Shown here: in pieces, positions 10,030 through 19,364 of the stretch | Layout: each line of letters begins with the position of its first letter | Position numbering within the stretch: position 1 is the stretch's first letter | Assembly (NCBI GenBank): GCA_036490295.1 | Contig: DASXED010000032.1 | Coordinates: forward strand, 2,060 to 66,059 | DNA from: Verrucomicrobiia bacterium | GTDB lineage: Bacteria > Verrucomicrobiota > Verrucomicrobiia > Limisphaerales > UBA11358 | Direction of reading: 5' to 3' | DNA length: 64,000 bases | The notes under the pieces: model-generated | Seen by the model: the letters and a program-made list of their open reading frames with translations, nothing else | What the model was told of the DNA's origin: nothing | Databases searched by the model: none | Program-made: the position numbers and the translations under genes

Positions 10030-12342
10030 ATGAGCGAAACAACCGAAACCCGCGCCTTCAATTTCTTCACGCCGTTGCGTTTCGGCATTTTGCTCGCGCT
10101 GCTGATCTTCGCCTCGTTTCCGCAAGTCATCCTCGGCCTGCAAACTTTCATCGTCCGCGACTACGGGTTTTTTGTTTATCCGCTCGCGCATTTTCAGCGC
10201 GAATGTTTCTGGCGCGGCGAATTGCCGTTCTGGAATCCCTATAATTTTTGCGGCGTGCCGTTCCTCGCGCAATGGAACACGATGCCGCTTTATCCGCCGT
10301 CGCTGATTTATCTTTTGCTGCCGCTGGGCTGGTCGTTGAGTTTTTTCTGCCTGCTGCATTTGTGGTGGGCGGGATTCGGGATGTTTTTTCTGGCGCGAAA
10401 ATGGACTGGAAATAATTTCGCCGCCGCGTTCGCCGGAGCCGTTCTCTCATTCAACGGCTTCACGCTGAATTTGATCATGTGGCCGAGCCATCTGGCGACG
10501 TTCGCGTGGATGCCGTGGGTCGTGCTCGCGGTCAATAGTGGAACAGGCTTCCAGCCTGTTTCCGGCCACGCAGACTGGAAGTCTGCCCCACTGGTAAAAA
10601 TTATTCTCGCCGCGCTGGTCGGCGCGTTGCAAATGCTCGCGGGCGGGCCGGAAATCATTTTCTTCACCTGGATTTTGCTGCTCGCGCTGTGGATTCAACA
10701 AGCTGTGAATGCCGGATCGCCACGCGGAAAAATGCTCTGGCGTTTTCCAGTTGTCATCATGCTGGTGATTGCGCTTTCGGTCGCGCAACTTCTGCCATTT
10801 CTTGATCTCGTTTTCCATTCGCAGCGCGAATCCGGTTACGCGGACTTGCGCTGGTCAATGCCCGCTTGGGGCTGGGTGAATTTTCTCGTGCCGATGGCTT
10901 TTGGCGACACGCGGGACATGGGCGTGTTTTATCAATACGGGCAGGAATGGACTTCATCATACTACCTCGGCATCGGCGCGCTCTGGCTCGCGCTGCTGGC
11001 GTTGTGGAAAATCCGCGACCGGCGCGTGGCGCTGCTCGGTGTCATTGCAATCATCGCGCTCATTTTTGCGCTCGGAGAAAATACATTTGTTTATCCGGCC
11101 CTGCGACGGATCATTCCACAACTTCGCCTCATCACGCACTCGGCCAAATATCTGGCCATTGTGATTTTCATCGCGCCGCTGCTGGCGGCGTTTGCCGTCG
11201 CGCAGTTGCAAAATTTACAAGGTGAACAAAAGCCGGTTTTGAGAAAGCGGCTCTTTGCCATCGGAATTATTTTGCTCGCGCTGATCGCGGGAATTCTTTT
11301 CTGGGCGTGGCGGTTTCCATTTCCTGCGGACGATGTTCACCGGACTTTGCTCAATGGAATTTCGCGCGCGGCATTTTTGATTGCCACCGGCACATTGCTG
11401 TTTTTTTTGCCGCGCGACTCCAAGCCCGGCTTGCTGCGGCTCGCTCCACTGCTTTTGATTTTTGTCGCGTGGCTCGACGTTTTCACGCATGAGCCGGCGC
11501 AAAATCCGACCGCGCCGCCGTTGATTTACGAACCCGGCCTTTCGCGCGAAAAACTCGCGCTGCAACCGCAGCCCGCCCTCGGCGGCTCGCGCGCCATGAT
11601 CACGCCCTCGGCATTTGCCATGACACTCCACTTTGCGACGAGCGACCTTGGGAAAAATTATCTGGTGAACCGCATGGCTTGTTTTTCCGACTGCAACCTG
11701 CTCGACGACGTGCCGAAAACGGACGGCTTCCTTTCGCTCTGCCCGCGCGAAGCCGACGACGTGAACACGCTGCTTTACGACTCCACCAACGCGAATTTTC
11801 CGCGTCTCGAGGATTTCATGGGCGTCTCGCAAATCACCGCGACAAATGAAATTTACGAGTGGCAATCGCGCAAAACCTTCCTGCCGCTCGTGACCGCCGG
11901 GCAAAAGCCATTTTTCTTTGACGACTACAGCGCATGGTATGCGCTGTCGCAAACCAATTTCGACGGAGGCAAGTTTGTTATTTTGCCAGAAGACGCGAAG
12001 ACTTTTGTGACGGTCACAAATCAAACCAATGCCCGCGTGCTCAATTCAAAATTCGGGACGCAAACCGTGGACGCCGAAGTCGAAGCCGCCGCGCCGTCGC
12101 TCGTCGTCATCGCGCAAACATGGTATCACGACTGGCGCGCTTACGTTGATGGCAAGCCGACGACTTTGCTGCGGGCGAATTATGCGTTTCAGGCGGTGCA
12201 AGTTCCGGCGGGCAGGCACAAAATCCATTTAGCCTACGAAGACCGCGCGTTTGAAATCGGCGCGGCGATTTCAATTCCCGCATGGCTCGGCTGCTTGATT
12301 GTCTGTTTCAACTGCAGTTGGAAAAAGCGATCAGTTGAATAA
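10030..12342 (+). CDS. YfhO-like polytopic membrane protein (putative glycosyltransferase)
   Basis: 770-aa ORF with many TM segments. The N-terminal region (FWRGELPFWNPYNFCGVPFLAQWNT) resembles the YfhO family. Confidence 0.6.
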   Translation: MSETTETRAFNFFTPLRFGILLALLIFASFPQVILGLQTFIVRDYGFFVYPLAHFQRECFWRGELPFWNPYNFCGVPFLAQWNTMPLYPPSLIYLLLPLGWSLSFFCLLHLWWAGFGMFFLARKWTGNNFAAAFAGAVLSFNGFTLNLIMWPSHLATFAWMPWVVLAVNSGTGFQPVSGHADWKSAPLVKIILAALVGALQMLAGGPEIIFFTWILLLALWIQQAVNAGSPRGKMLWRFPVVIMLVIALSVAQLLPFLDLVFHSQRESGYADLRWSMPAWGWVNFLVPMAFGDTRDMGVFYQYGQEWTSSYYLGIGALWLALLALWKIRDRRVALLGVIAIIALIFALGENTFVYPALRRIIPQLRLITHSAKYLAIVIFIAPLLAAFAVAQLQNLQGEQKPVLRKRLFAIGIILLALIAGILFWAWRFPFPADDVHRTLLNGISRAAFLIATGTLLFFLPRDSKPGLLRLAPLLLIFVAWLDVFTHEPAQNPTAPPLIYEPGLSREKLALQPQPALGGSRAMITPSAFAMTLHFATSDLGKNYLVNRMACFSDCNLLDDVPKTDGFLSLCPREADDVNTLLYDSTNANFPRLEDFMGVSQITATNEIYEWQSRKTFLPLVTAGQKPFFFDDYSAWYALSQTNFDGGKFVILPEDAKTFVTVTNQTNARVLNSKFGTQTVDAEVEAAAPSLVVIAQTWYHDWRAYVDGKPTTLLRANYAFQAVQVPAGRHKIHLAYEDRAFEIGAAISIPAWLGCLIVCFNCSWKKRSVE
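10537..10592. repeat. paired-hairpin palindromic element (GTGGAAC subtype), intragenic and in-frame
   Basis: AGTGGAACAGGCTTCCAGCCTGTT is followed by GCAGACTGGAAGTCTGCCCCACT. Both arms can form hairpins. The element is translated as SGTGFQPVSGHADWKSAPL. Confidence 0.75.
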
Positions 12343-12463
12343 ATTGCCACTGTGCCCTCGGTTATAAATCTCCGTGGACTTTGAAACCCAACTCAACTAG
12401 AACATCCTTCATGTCACCCCAACGCCGTCCATCAATTCGAGGCAACGCCAATTTCGGCTGACC

Positions 12464-13351
12464 ATGTTTCACGTTGAAAAAATTTCCTCGCTCGACCTGC
12501 CCGAACTCGCGCCTTATCGCACGATGCGCCGGTCGGCGGAGCACGAGGCGCAGGGCATCTTCATCGCCGAGGGCGAAAAGGTCGTGCGTCGCCTACTCGA
12601 AAGCCGTTTTGAAACCGTGTCCGTCCTGCTGCCCGAAAAGCATCTGGACGCCTTCCGCCCGCTGCTCAACGCACGACCGGAAAATTTCACCGTTTATCTC
12701 GCGGACAAAAATCTGCTCGAGGCGCTCATCGGCTTCTCATTTTACCAAGGCGTGCTCGCCGTCGGAAAAATTCCCCCGCCCGCTTCGCTCGCCGAAATTT
12801 TGCGGAAAAGCCCCGGGCCGCAATTGTTCGTGGCGATTGACGAGGTGTCGAACGCGGAAAACATCGGCGCGCTCGCGCGCAATTGCGTGGCGTTCGGCGC
12901 CAGCGGATTAATCGTCGGCGAAACGAGCAGCAGCCCGTTCCTGCGCCGCGCCGTCCGCAATTCCATGGGCGCGGTTTTTCAACTGCCCGTCGTCGAACTG
13001 AAACAAACGCGCGGGCCGCACGAGTCTGAAAATGAATTAAGGAGCTGCGGAATCCCGACGCCCGAAAAAAAACCGACACTCGCGGAAACTTTGCGCGAAT
13101 TGCGGGCGCGCGGCATCCGCTGCATCGCCGCGCATCCGCGCGCGGACGGCAAAACACTTTCGCAGGCGGATTTTTCCGGCGATTGCTGCGTCGTCTTCGG
13201 CAGCGAAGGCCACGGGATTTCCAAAGCCGTTCTGGAAAGTTGCGACGAGGCGGTGGCGATTCCAATGTCGCCAACGGTGGATTCACTCAACGTCGGCGCG
13301 GCTGCGGCGATTTTTCTTTATGAAGTTCAACGGCAGAGAAACAAGCCTTGA
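12464..13351 (+). CDS. TrmH/SpoU-family RNA 2'-O-methyltransferase
   Basis: 295-aa ORF. A substrate-binding N-domain is followed by SpoU methylase motifs (NAENIGALARN, VVFGSEGHGIS, SLNVGAAAAIFLYE). Confidence 0.8.
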   Translation: MFHVEKISSLDLPELAPYRTMRRSAEHEAQGIFIAEGEKVVRRLLESRFETVSVLLPEKHLDAFRPLLNARPENFTVYLADKNLLEALIGFSFYQGVLAVGKIPPPASLAEILRKSPGPQLFVAIDEVSNAENIGALARNCVAFGASGLIVGETSSSPFLRRAVRNSMGAVFQLPVVELKQTRGPHESENELRSCGIPTPEKKPTLAETLRELRARGIRCIAAHPRADGKTLSQADFSGDCCVVFGSEGHGISKAVLESCDEAVAIPMSPTVDSLNVGAAAAIFLYEVQRQRNKP

Positions 13352-13418
13352 ACTACCAAGGCGCCAAGTCACAAAATTAAGGCTGGACAATTATTTTCGG
13401 AATGAGTCTGCTGCTTTT

Positions 13419-13688
13419 ATGAAACCCAAACAACTGGCGAATGTCCTGATTAAAATTCTTGGCCTATCTTTTTTTATACGTGGCATCCCGGAACTTATTA
13501 CCGGAGTGCTGAATTTTTCGGCATGGGCAGGAATCGCTTTCAATTCTGCCGCCTCACACAGTTATCCGAATTTTATGTTTTATTCCGGGACTTTGATTGC
13601 GGGTTTGGCACAATTAGCCATCGGCATTTTTCTCATCATTCGTAGCCGTTGTGTTGTTGAAAAACTTTTCAAAGACGAAGAGGAATAG
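13419..13688 (+). CDS. small hypothetical membrane protein
   Basis: 89 aa counted from the ATG at 13419, with two or three hydrophobic segments. I recognise no family. Confidence 0.3.
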   Translation: MKPKQLANVLIKILGLSFFIRGIPELITGVLNFSAWAGIAFNSAASHSYPNFMFYSGTLIAGLAQLAIGIFLIIRSRCVVEKLFKDEEE

Positions 13689-13704
13689 AAAATTGCCCGA
13701 CCAT

Positions 13705-14658
13705 TCAACGCGCAACAGTTTCCAAAACGACTTCAACCGAAGATTTGTTTCTGTCGTGATTTAATTTCGTGAACAATCCGCGCCAGAAGCCGAGGCCATA
13801 TAATATGTGTGTGAGCGCAATGAACGGCGCCGCCGCGAGACTCCGCAAAACGCCGTCGCGCGGCATCAACGCCGCCGCCTGCGCCAAAACCGCAAGGACA
13901 TAAATTCCCAGGACGGCCAAACCAATTATTCCGAGAAACGGCAGCGCGACAAGAAAAACGCAAAACAGCGGCGGCACAAAATTCAACGCCGAACCGAAAG
14001 TCGGATGCACGCGGAATTGCTCGGCGCGTCCGCGCCCGTAAGTCAGCAACATTTTCGTGAACGACTTGATGGAGCCGCGCGGGCGGCGATGGACAAATAA
14101 TTCTGGATCGTAAAGCAACCGTCCGCCGCGTTTTTGGATTTCGTCCATGAGCGCGTTTTCTTCGTTCGGATAAAGCAACTCGTTGAAGCCGCCAAGTCCG
14201 AGCAAGGTTTCGCGGCGCGCGACGAGGTTGCACAAAATCAATTCCTTTTCGCCCGTGTCGCGCAATCCGCCGACGGGCGTATAACGCGCGCGGCTGGGAC
14301 CAAAGGCAATCCAGCTTCCGAGAACGAGCGCGAAAATTTTCTCCAGCGGCGGCGCATCAGGCGGGCAAAGATTCGGCCCGCCGACGATCTGCACTTTTGC
14401 ATCTGAAAAGTGCGAGGCGGCGCGATTCAAATTGCCCGGCGGCGCGACCGAGTCGTCATCCAGAAAATAAACCAGTTCGCCGCGCGCCGCGCGCAACGCG
14501 GTGTTGCGCTGGACGGACGGCTGCCTGCCGCGCGCGACGATGATTTCCAAAAGTCCGGGCGGATAATCCAGTTGCCGCGCCGCGACGACCGCCTTGATTT
14601 CGGTCTGGCCGGGACGCGCGGCGATGATTATGGTGACGCCCGGCAAACGATTGTTCAC
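13705..14658 (-). CDS. family 2 glycosyltransferase
   Basis: 317-aa ORF with a GT-A N-domain (VTIIIAARPG...YFLDDDS). The C-terminus has TM helices. Confidence 0.8.
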   Translation of the reverse strand: MNNRLPGVTIIIAARPGQTEIKAVVAARQLDYPPGLLEIIVARGRQPSVQRNTALRAARGELVYFLDDDSVAPPGNLNRAASHFSDAKVQIVGGPNLCPPDAPPLEKIFALVLGSWIAFGPSRARYTPVGGLRDTGEKELILCNLVARRETLLGLGGFNELLYPNEENALMDEIQKRGGRLLYDPELFVHRRPRGSIKSFTKMLLTYGRGRAEQFRVHPTFGSALNFVPPLFCVFLVALPFLGIIGLAVLGIYVLAVLAQAAALMPRDGVLRSLAAAPFIALTHILYGLGFWRGLFTKLNHDRNKSSVEVVLETVAR

Positions 14659-14745
14659 GGCGCGAGGCTAAAGTCGAACGGCCACGGTTCAAAGTTCAAA
14701 ATAGGATTTTGATTTTTAATTTGGGCGCAAAAGCGGAAAAATCTT

Positions 14746-14773
14746 TTGACAAGCGCGCGCGGGTATTTAGATT
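14746..14773 (+). promoter_or_regulatory. candidate sigma70-type promoter of tRNA-Ala
   Basis: TTGACA (14746-14751), a 16-nt spacer, then TAGATT (14768-14773). It ends about 15 nt upstream of the mature tRNA 5' end. Confidence 0.4.
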
Positions 14774-14787
14774 AGCGCATTCTGGAT

Positions 14788-14863
14788 GGGGTCGTAGCTC
14801 AGTTGGTAGAGCACCACAATGGCATTGTGGGGGTCGCAGGTTCGAACCCTGTCGGCTCCACCA
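14788..14863 (+). tRNA. tRNA-Ala (anticodon GGC)
   Basis: I folded a 76-nt cloverleaf by hand. Acceptor stem GGGGTCG/CGGCTCC carries the G3:U70 Ala identity pair. The anticodon loop is ATGGCAT, the T-loop is TTCGAAC, and the CCA end is encoded. Confidence 0.92.
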
Positions 14864-14889
14864 GTTTTCGGCGGCTTATATTGAACCAG

Positions 14890-16164
14890 TTAATTCAACA
14901 CTACGCCGCGACGATAGTAGGTCGGAATGTCGAGATCCTCGCCCTTGTGAATCGTCGGCTCGCTTTTGTCAAACCGTCCTTTGGAAATGATAGCCAGCGG
15001 CAATTGTTCCTGGCGCATTCTCGAAGCAGTTTTTCTTCCGCGTCCGCCCGCGTGCTGTTTTAATAATTGTTCACGCTGATCAAGCACGGCGGTTTGCGGT
15101 TGCGAGGCGCAACGTGACGACGAATGTGCAGTCAAGTTGCGGGAAATTGATTCCGTTGAATTGCCCGGAACATTTGTCGATTCCACGTTCGGATTTTTCT
15201 TCGCGGCGATCACCGTCACGGACAATTTATTTTTCATGTCCGCGTCAATCGCCGCGCCCATGATGATTTGCGCGCGTTCACACTGACGGCTGATTTGTTC
15301 CATCACGCGGTTCACTTCGGCCATCGTCAAATCTTTTCCACCGAGCAAACTCACCAGCACCGCGTCGGATTCGGCCAGCGCGCGGCCTTCGTCGAGCAGC
15401 GGATGCGCGAGCAATTTTTCCACGACCTCGCGCGAACGTCCCGCGCCGCTTGCGTCAACGCACGCAAAAACGCTTTCGGAATGGCGGTCGCGGACGAGCG
15501 CACACAAATCGTCGAAATGAATTTGAATCAGGCCCGGACGCGTGAGCAATTGCCACACGCCGCGCACGCCGTCGGCGAGCAATCCGCCGGTGATGCGAAA
15601 CGTGTCAAGCACGCTCGTGTTTTCATCAATGAGCTTGAAAGTTTTCTGGCTCGGCAGGCAAATCACGCCGTCGGCGACGGATTTCAATTGCTCGAAACTT
15701 TGCTGCGCCTGTTGTTGACGGCGATTGCCTTCGCATAAAAACGGCAAGGTCACAAACGCCAAAACCAGCGCGCCAGTTTCCTTTGCCGCGCGCGCCAAAA
15801 CCGGACTGATGCCGCTGCCCGCGCCGCCGCCCAAGCCGGCGACAATGAAAATCACATCCGCGCCTTCGCACGCGGTTTTGAGCGTGGCAAATTGTTCCTC
15901 GGCGATCGCGCGCCCGCGTTCAGGATCGCCGCCAATTCCTAAACCGCGCAGCAATTTCGTTTCGAGATGAATCTTCACCGTCGCTGTCGAGGCCGCGAGC
16001 GATTGCCCGTCCGTGTTGACCGCCATAAAATTTGCGCCGGCAAATTCCTCGCCGTTCAAAGTGTCGAGCAAGCTCACGCCCGCGCCGCCAACGCCGATGA
16101 TTTTAATGGTGCGCGCAGGATTTGGTTCGAGCGCCGCCGGTTGAATTTCAGTTTTCATTTTCAT
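14890..16164 (-). CDS. ftsZ: cell division GTPase FtsZ (divergent signature)
   Basis: 424-aa ORF with IKIIGVGGAGVS, NTDGQSL, AGLGGGAGSG and the C-terminal peptide DLDIPTYYRRG. It is the terminal gene of the dcw cluster. Confidence 0.92.
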   Translation of the reverse strand: MKMKTEIQPAALEPNPARTIKIIGVGGAGVSLLDTLNGEEFAGANFMAVNTDGQSLAASTATVKIHLETKLLRGLGIGGDPERGRAIAEEQFATLKTACEGADVIFIVAGLGGGAGSGISPVLARAAKETGALVLAFVTLPFLCEGNRRQQQAQQSFEQLKSVADGVICLPSQKTFKLIDENTSVLDTFRITGGLLADGVRGVWQLLTRPGLIQIHFDDLCALVRDRHSESVFACVDASGAGRSREVVEKLLAHPLLDEGRALAESDAVLVSLLGGKDLTMAEVNRVMEQISRQCERAQIIMGAAIDADMKNKLSVTVIAAKKNPNVESTNVPGNSTESISRNLTAHSSSRCASQPQTAVLDQREQLLKQHAGGRGRKTASRMRQEQLPLAIISKGRFDKSEPTIHKGEDLDIPTYYRRGVVLN

Positions 16165-16175
16165 GGCGATTTGAA

Positions 16176-17399
16176 TTACGAGCGTTGCAATAATTTTCCG
16201 AACACGCCTTTGATTCCCTGCGCGAAAGACGATTTGCCTTCGCGCTTGCGCGTTTTGAGCGAACCGAATTTTGCCAAACCAATAGCGGTGACAAATTCCG
16301 GCTGGTCGAGAGCGGACTTCAATCCGCTGATGGAATTGGTCTGGCCGAGCGAAACGGGCATCTGAAAAACCGGCTCGGCGAGCTTCGCGATTTGCGGCGC
16401 GCGCGCGCAGCCGCCGCAGAGAAAAACTCCCGCGCGCAAATAATCCGCCAGTCCCGCCTGCTCCAAATCCGCAGCGACGATCTGGAAAATTTCCTCGAGC
16501 CGCAGCGACATGATGCGTTGCAAATGCTCGACATTGATGGTTTTCAGCGGCAGGCCGAGTTCGTTTGAAATCGTAAGCGTGCGTCCGCGCATCGCTTCGT
16601 CCACAATTGCACTGCCGTGTTCCAATTTTAATTTTTCCGCGCGGCTCAACGGCACTTTCAGGCCGTGGCCCAAATCGTTTGAAACGTGGTCGCCGCCGAG
16701 CGCGAGCGCGCCGGTGTATTTGATGACGCCGTCGGCATAAACAACGTAATCCGTCGTGCCGCCGCCGATGTCAATGACCAGCGCGCCGAGTTCTTTTTGT
16801 TCGCTCGTCAACAGCGCAAGTGATGACGCAAGTCCGTTGAAAACAATTTCCTCGACTTCAAGCTGCAAGCCTTTCACGAGGCGCACGGAATTTTGCAAAC
16901 GGTTTGTGTGGCCGTGGACGACGTGCATGTCCACTTCCAAACGCGCGCCAAGCATCCCGACGGGATTTGTGATGCTGTCGTGGCCGTCCACCAAAAAATG
17001 CTGGCGCACGGCGTGAACGACTGTGTTTTCAGCGGGCAAATTAATTGCCTTCGCGTTTTTAATTACATCCTGAACGTCGTCCTCGGAAATTTCGCGGTCG
17101 GCGGAAACGACCGGATGCACGCCGCGATTATTGAAGCCGCGCAAATGTCCGCCGGTCACGCCGAGATAAACATTGCGGATCTCCACGTCGGCCATCTGCT
17201 CGGCCTCGACGATGGCGTTGCGCACGCATTCCTCGGCCTGCGCCGCGTCCACGATTTCGCCTTTGCGCACGCCGCGCGCGGGCGACTGGCCGACGCCGAC
17301 GATGTTCAGCGCGCCGTCCGCATTCTGCTCGCCGACCACGGCGCAAACTTTCGACGTGCCGATTTCCAGGCCGACGATGATGTTCGATTCGTCAAACAT
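16176..17399 (-). CDS. ftsA: cell division protein FtsA
   Basis: Actin-like ATPase with GLEIGTSKVCAVVGE and DIGGGTTD. The start is placed at MFDESN (ATG at 17399), which overlaps the ftsQ stop by 8 nt. Confidence 0.9.
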   Translation of the reverse strand: MFDESNIIVGLEIGTSKVCAVVGEQNADGALNIVGVGQSPARGVRKGEIVDAAQAEECVRNAIVEAEQMADVEIRNVYLGVTGGHLRGFNNRGVHPVVSADREISEDDVQDVIKNAKAINLPAENTVVHAVRQHFLVDGHDSITNPVGMLGARLEVDMHVVHGHTNRLQNSVRLVKGLQLEVEEIVFNGLASSLALLTSEQKELGALVIDIGGGTTDYVVYADGVIKYTGALALGGDHVSNDLGHGLKVPLSRAEKLKLEHGSAIVDEAMRGRTLTISNELGLPLKTINVEHLQRIMSLRLEEIFQIVAADLEQAGLADYLRAGVFLCGGCARAPQIAKLAEPVFQMPVSLGQTNSISGLKSALDQPEFVTAIGLAKFGSLKTRKREGKSSFAQGIKGVFGKLLQRS

Positions 17400-18351
17400 T
17401 TTTCCTCCGTGAATTTTTTGGATTGAATATTTTTGGCACGGCGATGGGCGCGGAATTATTTTCCGCCCAGCGAACCGGAACGTTGTTCGCCACCGCCAGA
17501 TCGAGCGTCGCAATCATTTTATTCTGGCTCATTCCCAAATCGTAAATTTTCCGCCAGCGCGCCAATTGTTGCTCCAAATTTTCCAGACCGAAAGTAATTT
17601 CTCCGCCCTGCCCCGTCGTCGCGACGACCACGCCCGGCGACGAAATGTCAATGCGCCGCAAATCCACAAGCCCGGCCATTTGCGAATGTTGAAACATGGA
17701 AATCAATTTCAACGCGGCCTGCGCCTGCGGCGATTCGACGCGCCGCCCCGATTGCAATTGGCTAAAATTCAGGCCGGCGATTTCCGGCAATTGATGATTT
17801 AATTGCGACAACGGAATCACGCAAAGGCGCGGGTCGAGCGGCTGCATCACGAAGCCGTCCGCGTCGAGTTGAAAAACTGAAATCGCAATTCCGCCCGTCG
17901 CGGCCGCGCGCGGCACGTTGACTTGCGCGATGGGTTTGCGTTCCGTCACGCAAATTTTCAACGTGCGCGGCAAAACGCGTTCGACGGAAATTGAATCAAT
18001 TGCCGAAACAAGTTCCAAATTGCGTTTCACCGACGCCAAATCGAGCGCAATCAGATTTGCGCCGGATTTCACGCCCGACCAGCGGCGCAATTGTTCCGGC
18101 GCAATCACGCCGTCCGTTTGAACCTCGACATTTTGGATGGCGAACTCGGAATTTTCATAAACGAATTTGTCCAGCGCCCATTCGCCAGTGCGCCAAAACA
18201 AATAAAGCCCGAACACCGTGCCGAAAATCACGCAGAACGCAACCGCCGCCAGCCGCGCGCGCGTCGCGCGCACTTGATCCGAACGCAGCTTCACGTCGAG
18301 CAGATGCCCGCGCTTCAACCGCCGGTTTTTTATTTCGCGCTTAAACCACAT
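17392..18351 (-). CDS. ftsQ: cell division protein FtsQ (POTRA domain)
   Basis: 319-aa bitopic protein with one N-terminal TM segment followed by a POTRA-like region. It sits between ddl and ftsA. Confidence 0.78.
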   Translation of the reverse strand: MWFKREIKNRRLKRGHLLDVKLRSDQVRATRARLAAVAFCVIFGTVFGLYLFWRTGEWALDKFVYENSEFAIQNVEVQTDGVIAPEQLRRWSGVKSGANLIALDLASVKRNLELVSAIDSISVERVLPRTLKICVTERKPIAQVNVPRAAATGGIAISVFQLDADGFVMQPLDPRLCVIPLSQLNHQLPEIAGLNFSQLQSGRRVESPQAQAALKLISMFQHSQMAGLVDLRRIDISSPGVVVATTGQGGEITFGLENLEQQLARWRKIYDLGMSQNKMIATLDLAVANNVPVRWAENNSAPIAVPKIFNPKNSRRKNV

Positions 18352-18396
18352 AAATTTTATTCACGCAAAGTCGCAAAGCCCGCAAAGTAAATTCAA

Positions 18397-19362
18397 TCAA
18401 GCCAGAACCGCAATTTCTTTGCGCTCTTTGCGACTTTGCGTGAGTATTTTTCTTTTCAAAGCCAGATCAATCATTCGCTGGCACAATTCTTCGTAACTCA
18501 ATCCCGCCGCAGCCGCAGCTTTCGGCAATAAACTTGTTTCCGTCATTCCGGGCAACGTGTTCACTTCCAGCACGACTGGCTCGCCATTTTTGCGAACCAT
18601 CACGTCCACGCGCGCATAATCGCGTCCGCCAATCGCATGAAATGCGCCGAGCGCAGCGGCTTGAATTTTCTTTGTTGTCGCTGCATCAAACTCCGCCGGG
18701 CAAAAATATTCCGTGCAACCAGATGTATATTTATTTTTGTAATCGTAACTGCCAACTTTTGGCCGGACTTCGACAACCGGCAGCGCAATGCCGTCCAAAA
18801 TCCCCACCGTCGTCTCACGCCCGACGATTTTTTCCTCGACCAAAACTTCCGAATCAAATTTCAACGCTTCCGCCAGCGCATTTTGCCAGTCTTCCGCGCG
18901 CTCGACAAATTGCAGACCGACGCTCGAACCCTGCCGCACCGGTTTCACGACCAGCGGCAATCGCAAATCTTCCGGCAGCGGCGCTTTTTCCGAACTGACG
19001 ACCACAAATTTCGCCGTCGGCACGCCGGCCGCGATGCACTTTTGTTTCGTCAAAACCTTGTCGAACGCGATGCGGCTCGCTTCCGAATCGCAGCCCGTGT
19101 AAAGCACGCCGAGTTGCGCCAGTTGCCGCTGCACCGTGCCGTCCTCGCCGTAAGTTCCGTGCAACGGCGCGAGGCAGACGACCTCCGTGTCCGGCGGCAA
19201 AATCCAGTCCGGCGTTTTGGGATCCAGCTCGACCACCGTGTGACCGAGCGACCGCAACGCCTTCACCACGCCCGCGCCCGACCGCAACGACACTTCGCGC
19301 TCGGCGCTTGGGCCGCCGAGCATCACCACAATTTTTAATTTTTTATGCACGATGGAATTCAA
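18397..19362 (-). CDS. ddl: D-alanine--D-alanine ligase
   Basis: 321-aa ATP-grasp protein with GGPSAEREVSL, HGTYGEDGTVQ and EVNTLPGMT. Confidence 0.93.
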   Translation of the reverse strand: MNSIVHKKLKIVVMLGGPSAEREVSLRSGAGVVKALRSLGHTVVELDPKTPDWILPPDTEVVCLAPLHGTYGEDGTVQRQLAQLGVLYTGCDSEASRIAFDKVLTKQKCIAAGVPTAKFVVVSSEKAPLPEDLRLPLVVKPVRQGSSVGLQFVERAEDWQNALAEALKFDSEVLVEEKIVGRETTVGILDGIALPVVEVRPKVGSYDYKNKYTSGCTEYFCPAEFDAATTKKIQAAALGAFHAIGGRDYARVDVMVRKNGEPVVLEVNTLPGMTETSLLPKAAAAAGLSYEELCQRMIDLALKRKILTQSRKERKEIAVLA

Positions 19363-19364
19363 AA

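Noticed and set aside
14709-15063. Plus-strand ORFs (93 and 86 aa) cover the tRNA-Ala gene and the ftsZ 3' end.
   Set aside because: They overlap a clear tRNA cloverleaf and the FtsZ C-terminus, and they carry no motifs.
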